Source: an uncultured Candidatus Saccharibacteria bacterium
Lineage (GTDB): Bacteria > Patescibacteriota > Saccharimonadia > CAZBQI01
Direction of reading: 5' to 3'
Assembly (NCBI GenBank): GCA_964494105.1
Contig: CAZBQI010000001.1
Location: forward strand, 67,126-131,125
DNA: 64,000 nt
Shown: one piece after another, positions 45,650-55,865 of the stretch
Layout: every line of letters begins with the position of its first letter
How positions within the stretch are numbered: the first letter of the stretch is position 1
Program-made: the position numbers and the translations under genes
The notes under the pieces: model-generated
Databases searched by the model: none
The model's input: only the letters and a program-made list of their open reading frames with translations
What the model was told of the DNA's origin: nothing

Positions 45650-47782
45650 ATGTCGGATATTATTAATCCGTTTAACAAAAAACAACTAAAACTAACAACT
45701 CAATTCTGTGGTCGTGAATTAACTATAGAAACCGGTAACCTGGCCTTTTTAGCCGATGGTGCCGTAACTGTTACCTACGGAGAAACTGTAGTACTAGGTA
45801 CTTCTGTGGTATCCAATACAGTCCGTGAAGGTATGGATTATTTCCCACTACTAATTGACTACGAAGAAAAAATGTATGCGAGTGGCAAAATAAGTGGCAG
45901 CCGTTTTATTAAGCGCGAAGCCAGGCCCAGCGAGGCTGCAATTTTGGCTTGTCGCTTAATTGATAGACCTATTCGACCACTATTTCCCAAGGGCTTTCGT
46001 AACGACATTCAGTGCATTGCCACTGTTGTTTCGGCCGATCTAGTATATAGTTCTGACATTATTGCCATGATTGCTGTCTCTGCTGCGTTAACTCTTACTG
46101 GAGCTCCGTTTGCAGGCCCTATTGGCGGTGTACGAGTTGGTTTAATTAACGGCGAACTTAAGGCTTTCCCAACCAATGAAGAAATGAAAGACAGTAAGCT
46201 CGACCTCGTCGTAGCCGGAACTCGCGACGCGATTATGATGGTAGAGGCGGGTGCCAATGAAGTTGACGAAGAAACAATGATTAAGGCCATTGAGCTTGGT
46301 CATAAAGCCATTCAGCCGGTGATTGATTTACAAGAACAGCTAGCTAAAGAAATGGACGTTCAACCTCGAGAGTTTGAGCTTGAGTTGGTTGATCAAGATT
46401 TACAACAGCGAGTTGAAACCTACTTGCAGGAAAAACTTGGCCCGGCCATTCGCCACGAAGATCATTACGAGCGACATAATGCCATTCGAAATCTAAAGGA
46501 AGAAACCATTGAACACTTTGTTGGTGAAGGCGGTGAGTTTTCAAAGAATGATGTTGGCCAGGCGTTCGAAAACGCAGTCAAAGCCGATGTGCGCCGCTCT
46601 ATTTTAGAGGAAGATGCTCGTCCAGATAACAGAACTCGGGAGCAAATTCGCCCACTTTCTAGCCAGGTTGGTGTATTGCCTAAAGTACATGGCAGTAGCA
46701 TATTTACCCGCGGTACAACGCAAGCCCTGAACATTACGACTTTAGCACCGCCAAGCTACGGAATGCTTATAGACACCATGGAAGAAGACATAACGAAGCA
46801 CTTTATGCATCACTATAATTTTACTCCGTATTCAACGGGCGAGGCTCGACCGCTACGTGGACCAGGACGGCGTGAAATTGGGCATGGCGCACTTGCGGAG
46901 CGGGCGTTAACACCAATGATTCCGGATGTAGAGGATTTTCCATATACCATTCGAGCGGTTTCCGAAATAGTAAGTTCAAACGGTTCGACCTCGATGGCTA
47001 GCGTGTGTTCTACCACCCTTAGTCTTATGGATGCCGGTGTACCGCTAAAGAAACCGGTCTCAGGCATTGCGATGGGCCTAATAACAGAAGGTGAAAAGTA
47101 CGTTATTCTGTCTGACATTGCCGGTGCAGAGGATTTTGCCGGCGACATGGACTTCAAGGTCGCAGGAACTGCCGATGGAATTACAGCCTTACAGATGGAC
47201 ATTAAGGTCAAGGGCTTAACACCAAAGATAATGGACGATGCACTGGCTCAAGCCAAGCGTGGGCGGGCTCAAATTATGGAGCATATGCTTTCGACTTTAT
47301 CGGCGCCCCGAGCAGAGTTATCGCCCAATGCACCACGCATTACTCAGATAAAAATCAATCCGGAGAAAATTCGTGAGGTAATTGGCAAAGGTGGCGAAAC
47401 AATAAATAGAATTATTGACGAAACCGGTGCAGAAATTGATATTAAAGACGACGGAGTAATATTTATCAGCTCAGTCAAAGCCGAGGGCGCAGAGGCTGCT
47501 ATTGCCCAAATAAAGGCCATAACTACTGAACCTGAAGTTGGCCAAATATATCAGGGTAGAGTTGTTAAGCTAATGGATTTTGGCGCATTCGTGGAAATTA
47601 TGCCGGGCAAGGATGGTTTGGTGCATATCTCCGAGCTAGCCCATAATAGGGTAGAAAAAGTTAGCGATGTAGTGCGCGAAGGTGATACAATTCGAGTGAA
47701 GCTAATAGCTGTCGACGACAAAGGGCGCATTAATCTAAGCAAGAAACAAGCCGAAACCGGACCCACCCCCAACCCTTCATAA
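45650..47782 (+). CDS. pnp: polynucleotide phosphorylase
   Basis: 710 aa with two RNase PH domains, a KH domain (IGKGGETINRI) and an S1 domain. It follows rpsO in the canonical order. Confidence 0.95.
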   Translation: MSDIINPFNKKQLKLTTQFCGRELTIETGNLAFLADGAVTVTYGETVVLGTSVVSNTVREGMDYFPLLIDYEEKMYASGKISGSRFIKREARPSEAAILACRLIDRPIRPLFPKGFRNDIQCIATVVSADLVYSSDIIAMIAVSAALTLTGAPFAGPIGGVRVGLINGELKAFPTNEEMKDSKLDLVVAGTRDAIMMVEAGANEVDEETMIKAIELGHKAIQPVIDLQEQLAKEMDVQPREFELELVDQDLQQRVETYLQEKLGPAIRHEDHYERHNAIRNLKEETIEHFVGEGGEFSKNDVGQAFENAVKADVRRSILEEDARPDNRTREQIRPLSSQVGVLPKVHGSSIFTRGTTQALNITTLAPPSYGMLIDTMEEDITKHFMHHYNFTPYSTGEARPLRGPGRREIGHGALAERALTPMIPDVEDFPYTIRAVSEIVSSNGSTSMASVCSTTLSLMDAGVPLKKPVSGIAMGLITEGEKYVILSDIAGAEDFAGDMDFKVAGTADGITALQMDIKVKGLTPKIMDDALAQAKRGRAQIMEHMLSTLSAPRAELSPNAPRITQIKINPEKIREVIGKGGETINRIIDETGAEIDIKDDGVIFISSVKAEGAEAAIAQIKAITTEPEVGQIYQGRVVKLMDFGAFVEIMPGKDGLVHISELAHNRVEKVSDVVREGDTIRVKLIAVDDKGRINLSKKQAETGPTPNPS

Positions 47783-47788
47783 TTTTGT

Positions 47789-48409
47789 ATGTCCTCACAA
47801 TCCGAGCTCGACGCAGTTGCGTCAGAAATAGTTAAAAATAGAGTCTGCCAATGGCTGGCTGGTGGTGCTACTCAGTTAGTGCCGGGAGCCGGAAACCCAA
47901 AAGCTGACCTAATGTTTGTGGGCGAAGCACCGGGCAAAGATGAAGACATACAAGGCCTACCATTTGTTGGTGCAGCCGGTAAGTTTCTAAACGAGATGCT
48001 TGGTACTATTGGCTTGAGCCGAGAGGATATATTCATTACTAATATTGTTAAATATCGACCTCCAAATAACCGTGACCCTAGTCTTGAGGAAATAGAAGCC
48101 TTTATGCCGTACTTATATCGCCAAATTGCCATAATAAAACCAAAGCTACTTATTACTCTTGGTCGCCATGCAATGAACGTTTTTCTGCCCGAAGCCAAGA
48201 TCTCGAATATACACGGCCAACCGAAACGTCGAACATTTATCTTCAACAAGGATGAACAATTCAAGTTGGTCATACTGCCTTTGTTTCACCCGGCAGCAGC
48301 TCTATATAATGGGGGAATGCGTCAAACTCTTATTGACGATTTTGCCCGCATACCGCAAATATTAGAATTAATAAATAAGAAATCCAATAAAACACCGTTG
48401 TCTGCCTAA
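47789..48409 (+). CDS. uracil-DNA glycosylase, family 4
   Basis: The motifs GEAPGKDED and GLPFVGAAGKFL. Starts 6 nt after pnp. Confidence 0.75.
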   Translation: MSSQSELDAVASEIVKNRVCQWLAGGATQLVPGAGNPKADLMFVGEAPGKDEDIQGLPFVGAAGKFLNEMLGTIGLSREDIFITNIVKYRPPNNRDPSLEEIEAFMPYLYRQIAIIKPKLLITLGRHAMNVFLPEAKISNIHGQPKRRTFIFNKDEQFKLVILPLFHPAAALYNGGMRQTLIDDFARIPQILELINKKSNKTPLSA

Positions 48410-48437
48410 GGCAGGTAATAGGTAATGAAAGGAAAAT

Positions 48438-50414
48438 ATGAATCCATCAAAACCAACTAACAATCCGAACACCCAAGGGCAAAAGCGCCAGCCGGGTAGT
48501 GGCGGGGGCGCCGCCGGACGGGCAGCTAGGCGCAATCGAGAAATGGCTAGCAAACTGACAAGTAAACACGCCAGTGTTTCTGATGCCGAAAAGGCACGAT
48601 TAATAATGCAAAAAAAGCAAAACGGCAATTCGGTGTTTGCTCAAAGCGGATTAAAACTCACACCAATTGGCGGGCAAGACGAAATTGGTAGTAAAAACAT
48701 GCAAATAATTGAGTACGGAAACGATGCGATTGTAGTAGATTGTGGCAATAATTTAGGCGTGGACTTGCCGGGTATTAATTACACAATCAATGATTCTACG
48801 TACCTAGAGTCTATAAAGCATAAAATTCGTGGCTATATTATTACGCACGGTCACCTAGACCACATCGGTGGTATTCGCCATATTTTGCCCAAAGCTCCGG
48901 GCCCCGTGTATGGTACGCAGTTTACGATTGGTATGATTGAAAAGCAGTTCGAAGGCGAAACTTTTGACCTACAAAAAGTCATACTCAACTCTGACAACCA
49001 CGACCGCGTAAAGGTCGGACCATTTATGGTTGAGGCTATTCGGGTTACCCACTCAATTCCAGACTGCACATTAATGGTGATAGAAACTCCGGTTGGTAAA
49101 ATTGTACACACAGGTGACTTTCGATTAGACCCAGAACCGCTTGATCGTATGCCAACTGATTTGGCTCGTATAAATGAAGTTTGCAAAGACGGAGTGTTAT
49201 TGTTGCTCTCGGATAGCACTAATGCCGGAAAGCCGGGGCGCGTTAAGACCGAGGATACCTTAAGGCAAAGCTTTAAAGATATTATTGCTCATGCAAGAGG
49301 GCGCGTAATAGCGTCATTCTTCTCAACCAATATGAACCGAACTCAGATGACGATTGATGCCGCCGTAGCTGCTGGGCGCCGGGTGGCTGTTGATGGGCGG
49401 GGAATGCTCTCGACCATCGAAATAGCCGTTAAACTTGGCTACATTCGCATACCTAAAGGCACCATTGTTCCTATTCGAGATGTCCCGCGCATGCAAGATA
49501 GCGACGTGGTTATAATTTGCACTGGTGGCCAGGGCGAAGAAAACGCAGCACTGGTGCGTATGTCGACGGGCGAACACCAGCACGTAAAGCTAAAGCGAGA
49601 CGACACGGTTATTATTAGCTCAACTCCAATACCTGGAAATGAGCGTTCGTATCAGGATATTTCAGGTAATTTAGCGCAAATTGGGGTGCACTTGTTTCGG
49701 GCTATCACTACAGAAGTAGATGGTTGTGGCCCGTTACATGTTTCGGGGCACGCTAACCGAGATGAATTGGCAGAGATGATTGAAATGGTCAAACCAAAGT
49801 ACGTGATGCCAGTTCACGGTAGCCCCCTCGATCGCAGGTATCACCAACAATTAGCTATTCAATCTGGCATTCCAGAATTAAATGCATTAATGGTTAGTAA
49901 CGGTGACACTCTGGAATACAAGAATGACAAACTAGAAATTACTGGGCGCGTGCCAATTGGTGCGCATTTGGTAGATCAAACCGGCAATGTAGTGCCAGAC
50001 TTAGTTATTCACGATCGATTACTAATGAGCGAAGATGGTATTGTGGTGGTAGTACTAACAATCGATAAAAAGAACTCTCAACTGTTAACAAGCCCCGATA
50101 TCATAACTCGTGGGTTTATCTATATGAAAGAAAACGAGGTACTAATGAATGAATTGCGCAACGAACTACGTCGCTTTAGTTTGAGGCGATTTTCGCGGGT
50201 AGACCTGGTGCGATTTAAGCAAGAGTTGCGTGATCACGTAAACAACTTTTTGTTTCAGAATACTCAGCGCTCACCCATTATCATTCCGGTGGTAAATGCC
50301 GTTGGTTCAGGGGGGAATGCACAGCCGCAGTCAAATTCTAATGCCCAAAGACGACCGCAATCTCAATCGCGCTCGCCGAGGCCAAATAATCCGAGACAAG
50401 TTAACAATGGCTAG
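48438..50414 (+). CDS. rnj: ribonuclease J (metallo-beta-lactamase / beta-CASP)
   Basis: THGHLDHIGG motif and a beta-CASP region. A basic, Gly-rich N-terminal extension of about 75 aa and a Q/S/R/P-rich C-terminal tail are present. Confidence 0.85.
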   Translation: MNPSKPTNNPNTQGQKRQPGSGGGAAGRAARRNREMASKLTSKHASVSDAEKARLIMQKKQNGNSVFAQSGLKLTPIGGQDEIGSKNMQIIEYGNDAIVVDCGNNLGVDLPGINYTINDSTYLESIKHKIRGYIITHGHLDHIGGIRHILPKAPGPVYGTQFTIGMIEKQFEGETFDLQKVILNSDNHDRVKVGPFMVEAIRVTHSIPDCTLMVIETPVGKIVHTGDFRLDPEPLDRMPTDLARINEVCKDGVLLLLSDSTNAGKPGRVKTEDTLRQSFKDIIAHARGRVIASFFSTNMNRTQMTIDAAVAAGRRVAVDGRGMLSTIEIAVKLGYIRIPKGTIVPIRDVPRMQDSDVVIICTGGQGEENAALVRMSTGEHQHVKLKRDDTVIISSTPIPGNERSYQDISGNLAQIGVHLFRAITTEVDGCGPLHVSGHANRDELAEMIEMVKPKYVMPVHGSPLDRRYHQQLAIQSGIPELNALMVSNGDTLEYKNDKLEITGRVPIGAHLVDQTGNVVPDLVIHDRLLMSEDGIVVVVLTIDKKNSQLLTSPDIITRGFIYMKENEVLMNELRNELRRFSLRRFSRVDLVRFKQELRDHVNNFLFQNTQRSPIIIPVVNAVGSGGNAQPQSNSNAQRRPQSQSRSPRPNNPRQVNNG

Positions 50415-50421
50415 CATTGAG

Positions 50422-50680
50422 ATGCTTGGTCTTCTGGCGGGGGCGATCAACATCTGTTCGTTTATTCCATAATAATTAAATCGTAAATAATTAAATCGTA
50501 TCGGACAAAAGAAACGCGGTATCTTTCGTTGTTGACTTTTGTCTCGTTATTAGTTGGCACGGTACTTTGGTTTATTTATGGCGTAGCTATTAATCGTGCG
50601 TCTGTCTACATAACCAACGGCGTTTTTCTGTGTTTGCTGGCGGTTATTGTTTTTCAGGAGCTTCATTACAATAAGCGAAA
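50422..50680 (+). pseudogene. decayed SemiSWEET (PQ-loop) paralog
   Basis: MLGLLAGAINICSFIP then TAA (50470-50472), exactly where the Q of the PQ motif belongs. An exact 15-bp tandem duplication (aataattaaatcgta x2, about 50472-50501) follows. The remaining TM2-TM3 region is in another frame and ends at 50680. It parallels LSLIWLLIATVSLSLWLTYGIARNDPVIIFGNGILLCL of the intact copy at 38370-38621. Confidence 0.5.
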
Positions 50681-50731
50681 ACGATAGAATACCGGTAGCA
50701 ATTGCCCCATATACAGCGCTATAATAAGGCA

Positions 50732-52861
50732 ATGGCTAAACGAAAAAGCTCAAAAAAATCAGCATCAAAAAAGAAGCTCGAGAAAAAGTCAGGTTTTAAT
50801 AGTGAACTTGTACCTGAGATAATCGCGATACTATTAGTACTAGTTGCGATACTATTGGTTGTGGCCTTTTTTGGAGCTGGTGGTGCATTGAGTGCCGGTT
50901 TGCTTCGAGGTTTACGGCTGGTGATGGGTTTGGCTGCTTACTTATTGCCGTTTTTATTGGTATACATTGCCTGGCAACTATTTCAAAAAAACGAAGACTC
51001 TTCTTTCGGTGGATTTAGCTATCTTGGTTTGGCGCTTATCATTTTGGCGGCTGCGGGGCTTTTTCATGTTGGTATCAGCTCGAGTGAAGCACTTTCGGTG
51101 GCTCGTTCGGGCGGAGGCGGTGGTTTTTTGGGCTATGTTGAGCACCAGGCATTGTTAGCACTCTTTAACGTCTTTACCTCAACAATTGTATTGATAGCGG
51201 TTGGATTGATCGGCATTATTTTGGCAGCGAATGTAAAGCTCAGCGAATTAATATCCGGCCTATTTAAGCGTGAAGAAAATGAAGATTTGGCTAGTCAGTT
51301 AGCCAAGCAGGATGGTTCCCCCGGCAAATTAACAATTTCTGCCAAGGTGCCTCTAGAAACCGGTGGTGGTAGTAGCGAAAGCAATTCGCCAAAAGAAGAC
51401 GCTGTAGTACTAACAGCCAGCGCAGACCCGGACTGGAAACTACCCCCACTTGATATTCTGGAAGAAAAACAAGGCAAAGCTGATGCCGGCAAGCCGGAAG
51501 AAAACGCTGAAATTATTCATTCCACTCTTTCAAGTTTTGGAATTGAGGCAACCATGCAGGAAGTAAATATTGGTCCAACGGTAACTCAATACACCCTCAA
51601 ACCGGCAAGTGGAGTACGCCTTAGTAAGATATCTGAGCTAGCCAGCAACTTAGAGCTTTCGCTGGCAGCTCACCCAATTAGAATTGAAGCGCCAATCCCC
51701 GGAAAAAGCGCAGTTGGGCTGGAAGTACCAAATCACAAGGCGGCCACCGTTCGGCTAAAGCCAATTCTGCAGTCAAGCGAATGGGGATCACGAAAAAGCC
51801 CGCTAAGTTTTGTGCTGGGTCGCGATATTGCGGGGCAGGCAATAGTGGCTGATTTGATTAGTATGCCACACCTGTTAATTGCCGGTGCCACCGGTTCCGG
51901 TAAATCGGTTATGATTAATACTTTCTTGTTAAGTTTGCTATATCGAAATTCACCGGCAGACTTAAAGTTAATTTTGGTTGATCCAAAGCGTGTCGAACTA
52001 AGTTTGTACGAAGACATACCGCACTTGCTAGCACCGGTAATTGTAGAACCGGAAAAATGTATTTCAGCCCTAAAGTGGGCAACCGCCGAGATGGAACGTC
52101 GCTATAGCGTATTTGCCGAACAGCACAAAAGAAACATTGCTGAATATAATACAGCTAACAAAAACGAAACCATGCCCTACATTGTGGTTGTTATAGATGA
52201 GTTGGCAGATTTAATGAGTTTAGCCGCAAACGACGTAGAAAGTTTGATTGTCCGCTTGGCACAGAAAGCTCGTGCAACCGGTATTCACTTGGTACTAGCT
52301 ACACAGCGACCGAGCGTAAACGTTATTACGGGGCTCATTAAGGCCAATGTGCCGGCTCGTATTGCTTTCAGCACGGTTAGCCAGGTGGATTCACGTACCA
52401 TCATTGATCAAGCCGGGGCTGAAAAGCTACTGGGTAAAGGCGATATGCTGTTCTTGGCGCCGGATTTTGTTAAATCAAGGCGAATTCAGGGTGTGCTGAT
52501 TGATGAAAAAGAAGTTAAAGGTGTAACTGACTTCTTACGCAATGCTCGCGAACCACAATACAATGAAGAAGTGTTATCGCAGGATGTGCGTCTGGGTGGA
52601 GGTAAGGGTAGTTTTGGCGCTGTTGACGATGTTGACGACAGTTTGTTTCTCGATGCGGCCCAATTAGTTATCGAAAGTCGCAAGGCCAGCGCCAGCTTAC
52701 TACAGCGTCGTTTGAGGGTTGGCTATGCCAGAGCGGCGCGATTGCTCGATATGTTAGAGGAGCGCGGTATTGTCTCGGCTCCGGATGGATCACGTCCACG
52801 AGATGTTTTAGCTACAAGCATGAGTGAAGTTATGGGGGAAGATGCGGAACCCCAGACCTAA
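50732..52861 (+). CDS. ftsK: DNA translocase FtsK/SpoIIIE
   Basis: Start taken at ATG 50732 (MAKRKSSKK). N-terminal TM helices, Walker A (GATGSGKSV), Walker B (VVVIDELADL), and a C-terminal gamma winged-helix domain. Confidence 0.85.
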   Translation: MAKRKSSKKSASKKKLEKKSGFNSELVPEIIAILLVLVAILLVVAFFGAGGALSAGLLRGLRLVMGLAAYLLPFLLVYIAWQLFQKNEDSSFGGFSYLGLALIILAAAGLFHVGISSSEALSVARSGGGGGFLGYVEHQALLALFNVFTSTIVLIAVGLIGIILAANVKLSELISGLFKREENEDLASQLAKQDGSPGKLTISAKVPLETGGGSSESNSPKEDAVVLTASADPDWKLPPLDILEEKQGKADAGKPEENAEIIHSTLSSFGIEATMQEVNIGPTVTQYTLKPASGVRLSKISELASNLELSLAAHPIRIEAPIPGKSAVGLEVPNHKAATVRLKPILQSSEWGSRKSPLSFVLGRDIAGQAIVADLISMPHLLIAGATGSGKSVMINTFLLSLLYRNSPADLKLILVDPKRVELSLYEDIPHLLAPVIVEPEKCISALKWATAEMERRYSVFAEQHKRNIAEYNTANKNETMPYIVVVIDELADLMSLAANDVESLIVRLAQKARATGIHLVLATQRPSVNVITGLIKANVPARIAFSTVSQVDSRTIIDQAGAEKLLGKGDMLFLAPDFVKSRRIQGVLIDEKEVKGVTDFLRNAREPQYNEEVLSQDVRLGGGKGSFGAVDDVDDSLFLDAAQLVIESRKASASLLQRRLRVGYARAARLLDMLEERGIVSAPDGSRPRDVLATSMSEVMGEDAEPQT

Positions 52862-53579
52862 AAATCAGAATAAAAATATATTCAAACAGCCGCCCAAGGC
52901 TCCCAAATTACCAAAAATAACCAGGGAACAAGAGGCGGCTGGTCACTTCTTTACGGGTAGCGTTGGTCAGACTCTGCGCAAACGACGCGAGGAATTTGGC
53001 CTTGGGTTTGAATCGATTGCTTCTGAAACGAAAATTCAGCCCAAGTACCTAGAAGCTATCGAAAAAAGCGCATGGAATCAGTTGCCTCATACAGTTCATG
53101 CTTTGGGTTTTGTGCGCCAATATGCAAGAGCCCTGGGTTTGGACGCTGAGGTTGCTGCCACCAAGTACTTATTAGAACGGGGCCCGCTGGCTACTGCTCC
53201 AAGCAGGGCACCGACAAGACGTGTGCAACGAGCGATTGTTGGTACTCGGGTATTCATAGGGGGCGGAATTGCAATCTTGGTAGTAGGAGTTATTGGATAT
53301 TTACTAATTCAGTTATCGGTGCTGGCGGCACCGCCAAAACTTGAGGTTACACAGCCACCCGGAGATGTTGAAATTAGGGAAGCCGATTACGAAATAGTAG
53401 GTAGTACGACAATCTCGGCTAGCGTGACTGTTAATGGCTCGGCCATTACAGTTGGTGATGACGGTAGCTTCAAAACTAATGTCAGCTTGCAGGACGGTCT
53501 AAATACTGTCAGGGTAGAATCTACCAATCGTGCCGGCAAGACCTCTCGCGTCGAGCGCAACATTCTGGTTAAGAACTAG
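52824..53579 (+). CDS. RodZ-like HTH (XRE-type) domain membrane protein
   Basis: An N-terminal HTH (GQTLRKRREEFGLGFESIASETKIQPKYLEAIE), one TM helix and a beta-rich C-terminal domain. The start is uncertain, and the ORF overlaps the ftsK 3' end. Confidence 0.45.
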   Translation: MKLWGKMRNPRPKNQNKNIFKQPPKAPKLPKITREQEAAGHFFTGSVGQTLRKRREEFGLGFESIASETKIQPKYLEAIEKSAWNQLPHTVHALGFVRQYARALGLDAEVAATKYLLERGPLATAPSRAPTRRVQRAIVGTRVFIGGGIAILVVGVIGYLLIQLSVLAAPPKLEVTQPPGDVEIREADYEIVGSTTISASVTVNGSAITVGDDGSFKTNVSLQDGLNTVRVESTNRAGKTSRVERNILVKN

Positions 53580-53590
53580 TCTGTTATAAT

Positions 53591-54457
53591 TTGCCAATGA
53601 ATTGGATTACTGCTAGCTTACTGATGTTCGCATCATCAGTTGCTCTCTATTTGGTGGTTCGGAAAGCGACACTTTTAAAGGTGCCGACGCACATTACCAA
53701 TTTAGCGATGTTCACAATTCCATTGGTTTTCTTTGTGTTGTTGCATGCTGGCAAAGGGGAATCCTACTCAGTGTCATTCAGTGGAATCGCTATACTTCTG
53801 CTTGCCGGTATAATTTTTGCTTTTGGCGGTAACACTGCTTCTTTGCGCGCAATCAAAGAGGCGCCGAATCCGGGTTATAGCCTTGTACTGTCAAAAAGCT
53901 ATGTTTTGTTTACGACTATAGTTGCTCTAATTATTTTCAATGCCGAACTATCAATACGAAAGGCAATTGGAATTTTAGTTATCGTTGGTTTTTCGGCACT
54001 CATTATGGTCGATCCATCTAAGACTAAAAAAATGGCGAAAAAGAATCACTGGCTTGCTCTCTCGATAGGTGCATTTTTTGCCTGGGGTTCATTATCACTC
54101 TCCGCTAAGTACCTGTTTAATAATGGCCTTGGTACATATACGTTCTTACTTTATCTTTATCTGGTAGTCACGATATGCATACTAATAAAACTGTTTGTCG
54201 ATCGGCAGAAACTATATCATATTATGGATCATAAATGGGTACTGTTATTTATTGGAATATTCTCTACGACTTTTAATTTATTTCAGTTTGAGGCAATTAA
54301 GTTGGCACCAAATATTGGGTATGTTAATGCAATAAACGCTGGTTCAATCGCGCTTGTGACTGTACTGGCCGTTCTTGTATTTAAAGATGACTTTTCGATT
54401 AAGAAATTTATTGGTGTAGTCGGTGTGATCGCCGGTATAATTATGCTACTTGTATAA
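53591..54457 (+). CDS. EamA/DMT-superfamily transporter (10 TM)
   Basis: 288 aa with two 5-TM halves of EamA-like pattern. Confidence 0.55.
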   Translation: MPMNWITASLLMFASSVALYLVVRKATLLKVPTHITNLAMFTIPLVFFVLLHAGKGESYSVSFSGIAILLLAGIIFAFGGNTASLRAIKEAPNPGYSLVLSKSYVLFTTIVALIIFNAELSIRKAIGILVIVGFSALIMVDPSKTKKMAKKNHWLALSIGAFFAWGSLSLSAKYLFNNGLGTYTFLLYLYLVVTICILIKLFVDRQKLYHIMDHKWVLLFIGIFSTTFNLFQFEAIKLAPNIGYVNAINAGSIALVTVLAVLVFKDDFSIKKFIGVVGVIAGIIMLLV

Positions 54458-54564
54458 ACGCTTGACCCCCTGTTAGTTAATCAGATACAATTAGTCTCTA
54501 TTAAATAAACCCTTATCTGCTTGTGGCAAATGGTCTACAGGCAAGCCCAAGGAAAGGAGTTATC

Positions 54565-55026
54565 TTGACTCAATACGAATTAGCAGTAATTCTGCACCCG
54601 GATCTCGAGATAGATCTAGAAAAGCCGCTCAAGAAAATTGAAAAATTCATCACAGAGAGTGATGGCAAAGTTGTCAATCGAGACGACTGGGGTAAACGCA
54701 AGCTAGCCTACCCGATTAAAAAACAGGGGTTTGGCTTATATTTTATTTATCTTTTAGATTTGCCACCTTCGGCTGTAAACCGCCTAGAAAAAAATCTTAA
54801 TATTGCCGACGAAGTTATTCGTCATCTGTTAGTGAAATACGTTGAACCACCGGTACCCGAGGAAAAAGAAGAAAAAGAAGCTGCAAAATCGGATGAGTCA
54901 GTAGCTAAATCCGAAAAGAAAGTCGTAAAATCGACCAACCCCGACGTTTCAGTCGGGGCTACGAGCTCTCGCAATAGCGAGGCGCCAGAGAAGAGTACTA
55001 AAGCTAAGGAAAAGGGAGAAAAATAA
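54565..55026 (+). CDS. rpsF: 30S ribosomal protein S6 with acidic/Lys-rich C-terminal extension
   Basis: Start trimmed to the TTG at 54565, which sits 7 nt after an AGGAG SD. YELAVILHPDL...RDDWGKRKLAYPI is the S6 signature. Confidence 0.8.
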   Translation: MTQYELAVILHPDLEIDLEKPLKKIEKFITESDGKVVNRDDWGKRKLAYPIKKQGFGLYFIYLLDLPPSAVNRLEKNLNIADEVIRHLLVKYVEPPVPEEKEEKEAAKSDESVAKSEKKVVKSTNPDVSVGATSSRNSEAPEKSTKAKEKGEK

Positions 55027-55505
55027 TGGCACGTAGCTTTAACCAAGTAATTTTAGTTGGTAATTTAACTCGCGATCCGGAGATGCGAACAATTCCTTCT
55101 GGGCAAAGTGTAACTAGTTTCGGGGTAGCCACTAGTCGCTCCTGGAAAAGCCAAGACAGCGATGAGTGGCAAGAACAGACCGAGTTTCACAATGTGGTTG
55201 TCTGGGGCCGTCAGGGCGAAACAGCCGCGCAGTATCTGAGCAAGGGGCGAAAAGTGATGATTGTAGGTCGCTTGCAAACCCGCAGTTGGGAAAGCGAAGA
55301 CGGTAAAAAGAACTATCGTACCGAAATAGTTGCTGAGCAAGTTAATTTTCTTGATGGTCGCGGCAAAGGCGACGGAGATGATGGTGGCTTTAACCAAGAG
55401 GCGACAGCAAATAATGATAAGTCCAAGAAACCGGCCAAGAAAGACGAAAAAGTTGAAATCGAAGATCTTGGTGACGACGTAGATTTAAGTGAAATACCAT
55501 TCTAG
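55026..55505 (+). CDS. ssb: single-stranded DNA-binding protein
   Basis: OB fold (NQVILVGNLTRDPEMR..., NVVVWGRQGE) and an acidic C-terminal tip (DDVDLSEIPF). Its start overlaps the rpsF stop. Confidence 0.85.
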   Translation: MARSFNQVILVGNLTRDPEMRTIPSGQSVTSFGVATSRSWKSQDSDEWQEQTEFHNVVVWGRQGETAAQYLSKGRKVMIVGRLQTRSWESEDGKKNYRTEIVAEQVNFLDGRGKGDGDDGGFNQEATANNDKSKKPAKKDEKVEIEDLGDDVDLSEIPF

Positions 55506-55637
55506 TATGAAAATATCAATAATCAAGCACCAAAAAACAAATAATTTCCAAATTCAAAAAATAGAGAATTGCTACATGAATATTGTTTGTAGTTTGGAAT
55601 TTGATATTTGTAATTTACCAACCGAAGGGAGTTCGTA

Positions 55638-55862
55638 ATGGCAGAAAGAGATGACAACAGACGAGACAACAACAAACGACGACCTAGGGCGCCAGACTTT
55701 ATAGATTATAAAGACGTAAAAGTACTACAGCGCTATGTAAATATCTATGGTCAAATAGAATCGCGTCGTCGCAGTAATATGAGCGGTAAGCAACAGCATC
55801 AGCTAGCCGTGGCTATCAAGCGAGCCCGACACTTGGCTCTCTTGCCATTTGTTGCGGAGTAA
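55638..55862 (+). CDS. rpsR: 30S ribosomal protein S18
   Basis: 74 aa. [13 protein letters not shown]...[22 protein letters not shown] is the S18 signature. Confidence 0.9.
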   Translation: MAERDDNRRDNNKRRPRAPDFIDYKDVKVLQRYVNIYGQIESRRRSNMSGKQQHQLAVAIKRARHLALLPFVAE

Positions 55863-55865
55863 ATT

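Noticed and set aside
50550-50732. 60-aa minus-strand ORF between rnj and ftsK.
   Set aside because: The region is better explained by the plus-strand SemiSWEET remnant and the ftsK start. There is no RBS.
55506-55637. AT-rich spacer before rpsR with partial inverted repeats (aatttccaaattcaaa / tttggaatttgat).
   Set aside because: The complementarity is imperfect and no consistent stem could be drawn, so it may simply be an AT-rich promoter region.
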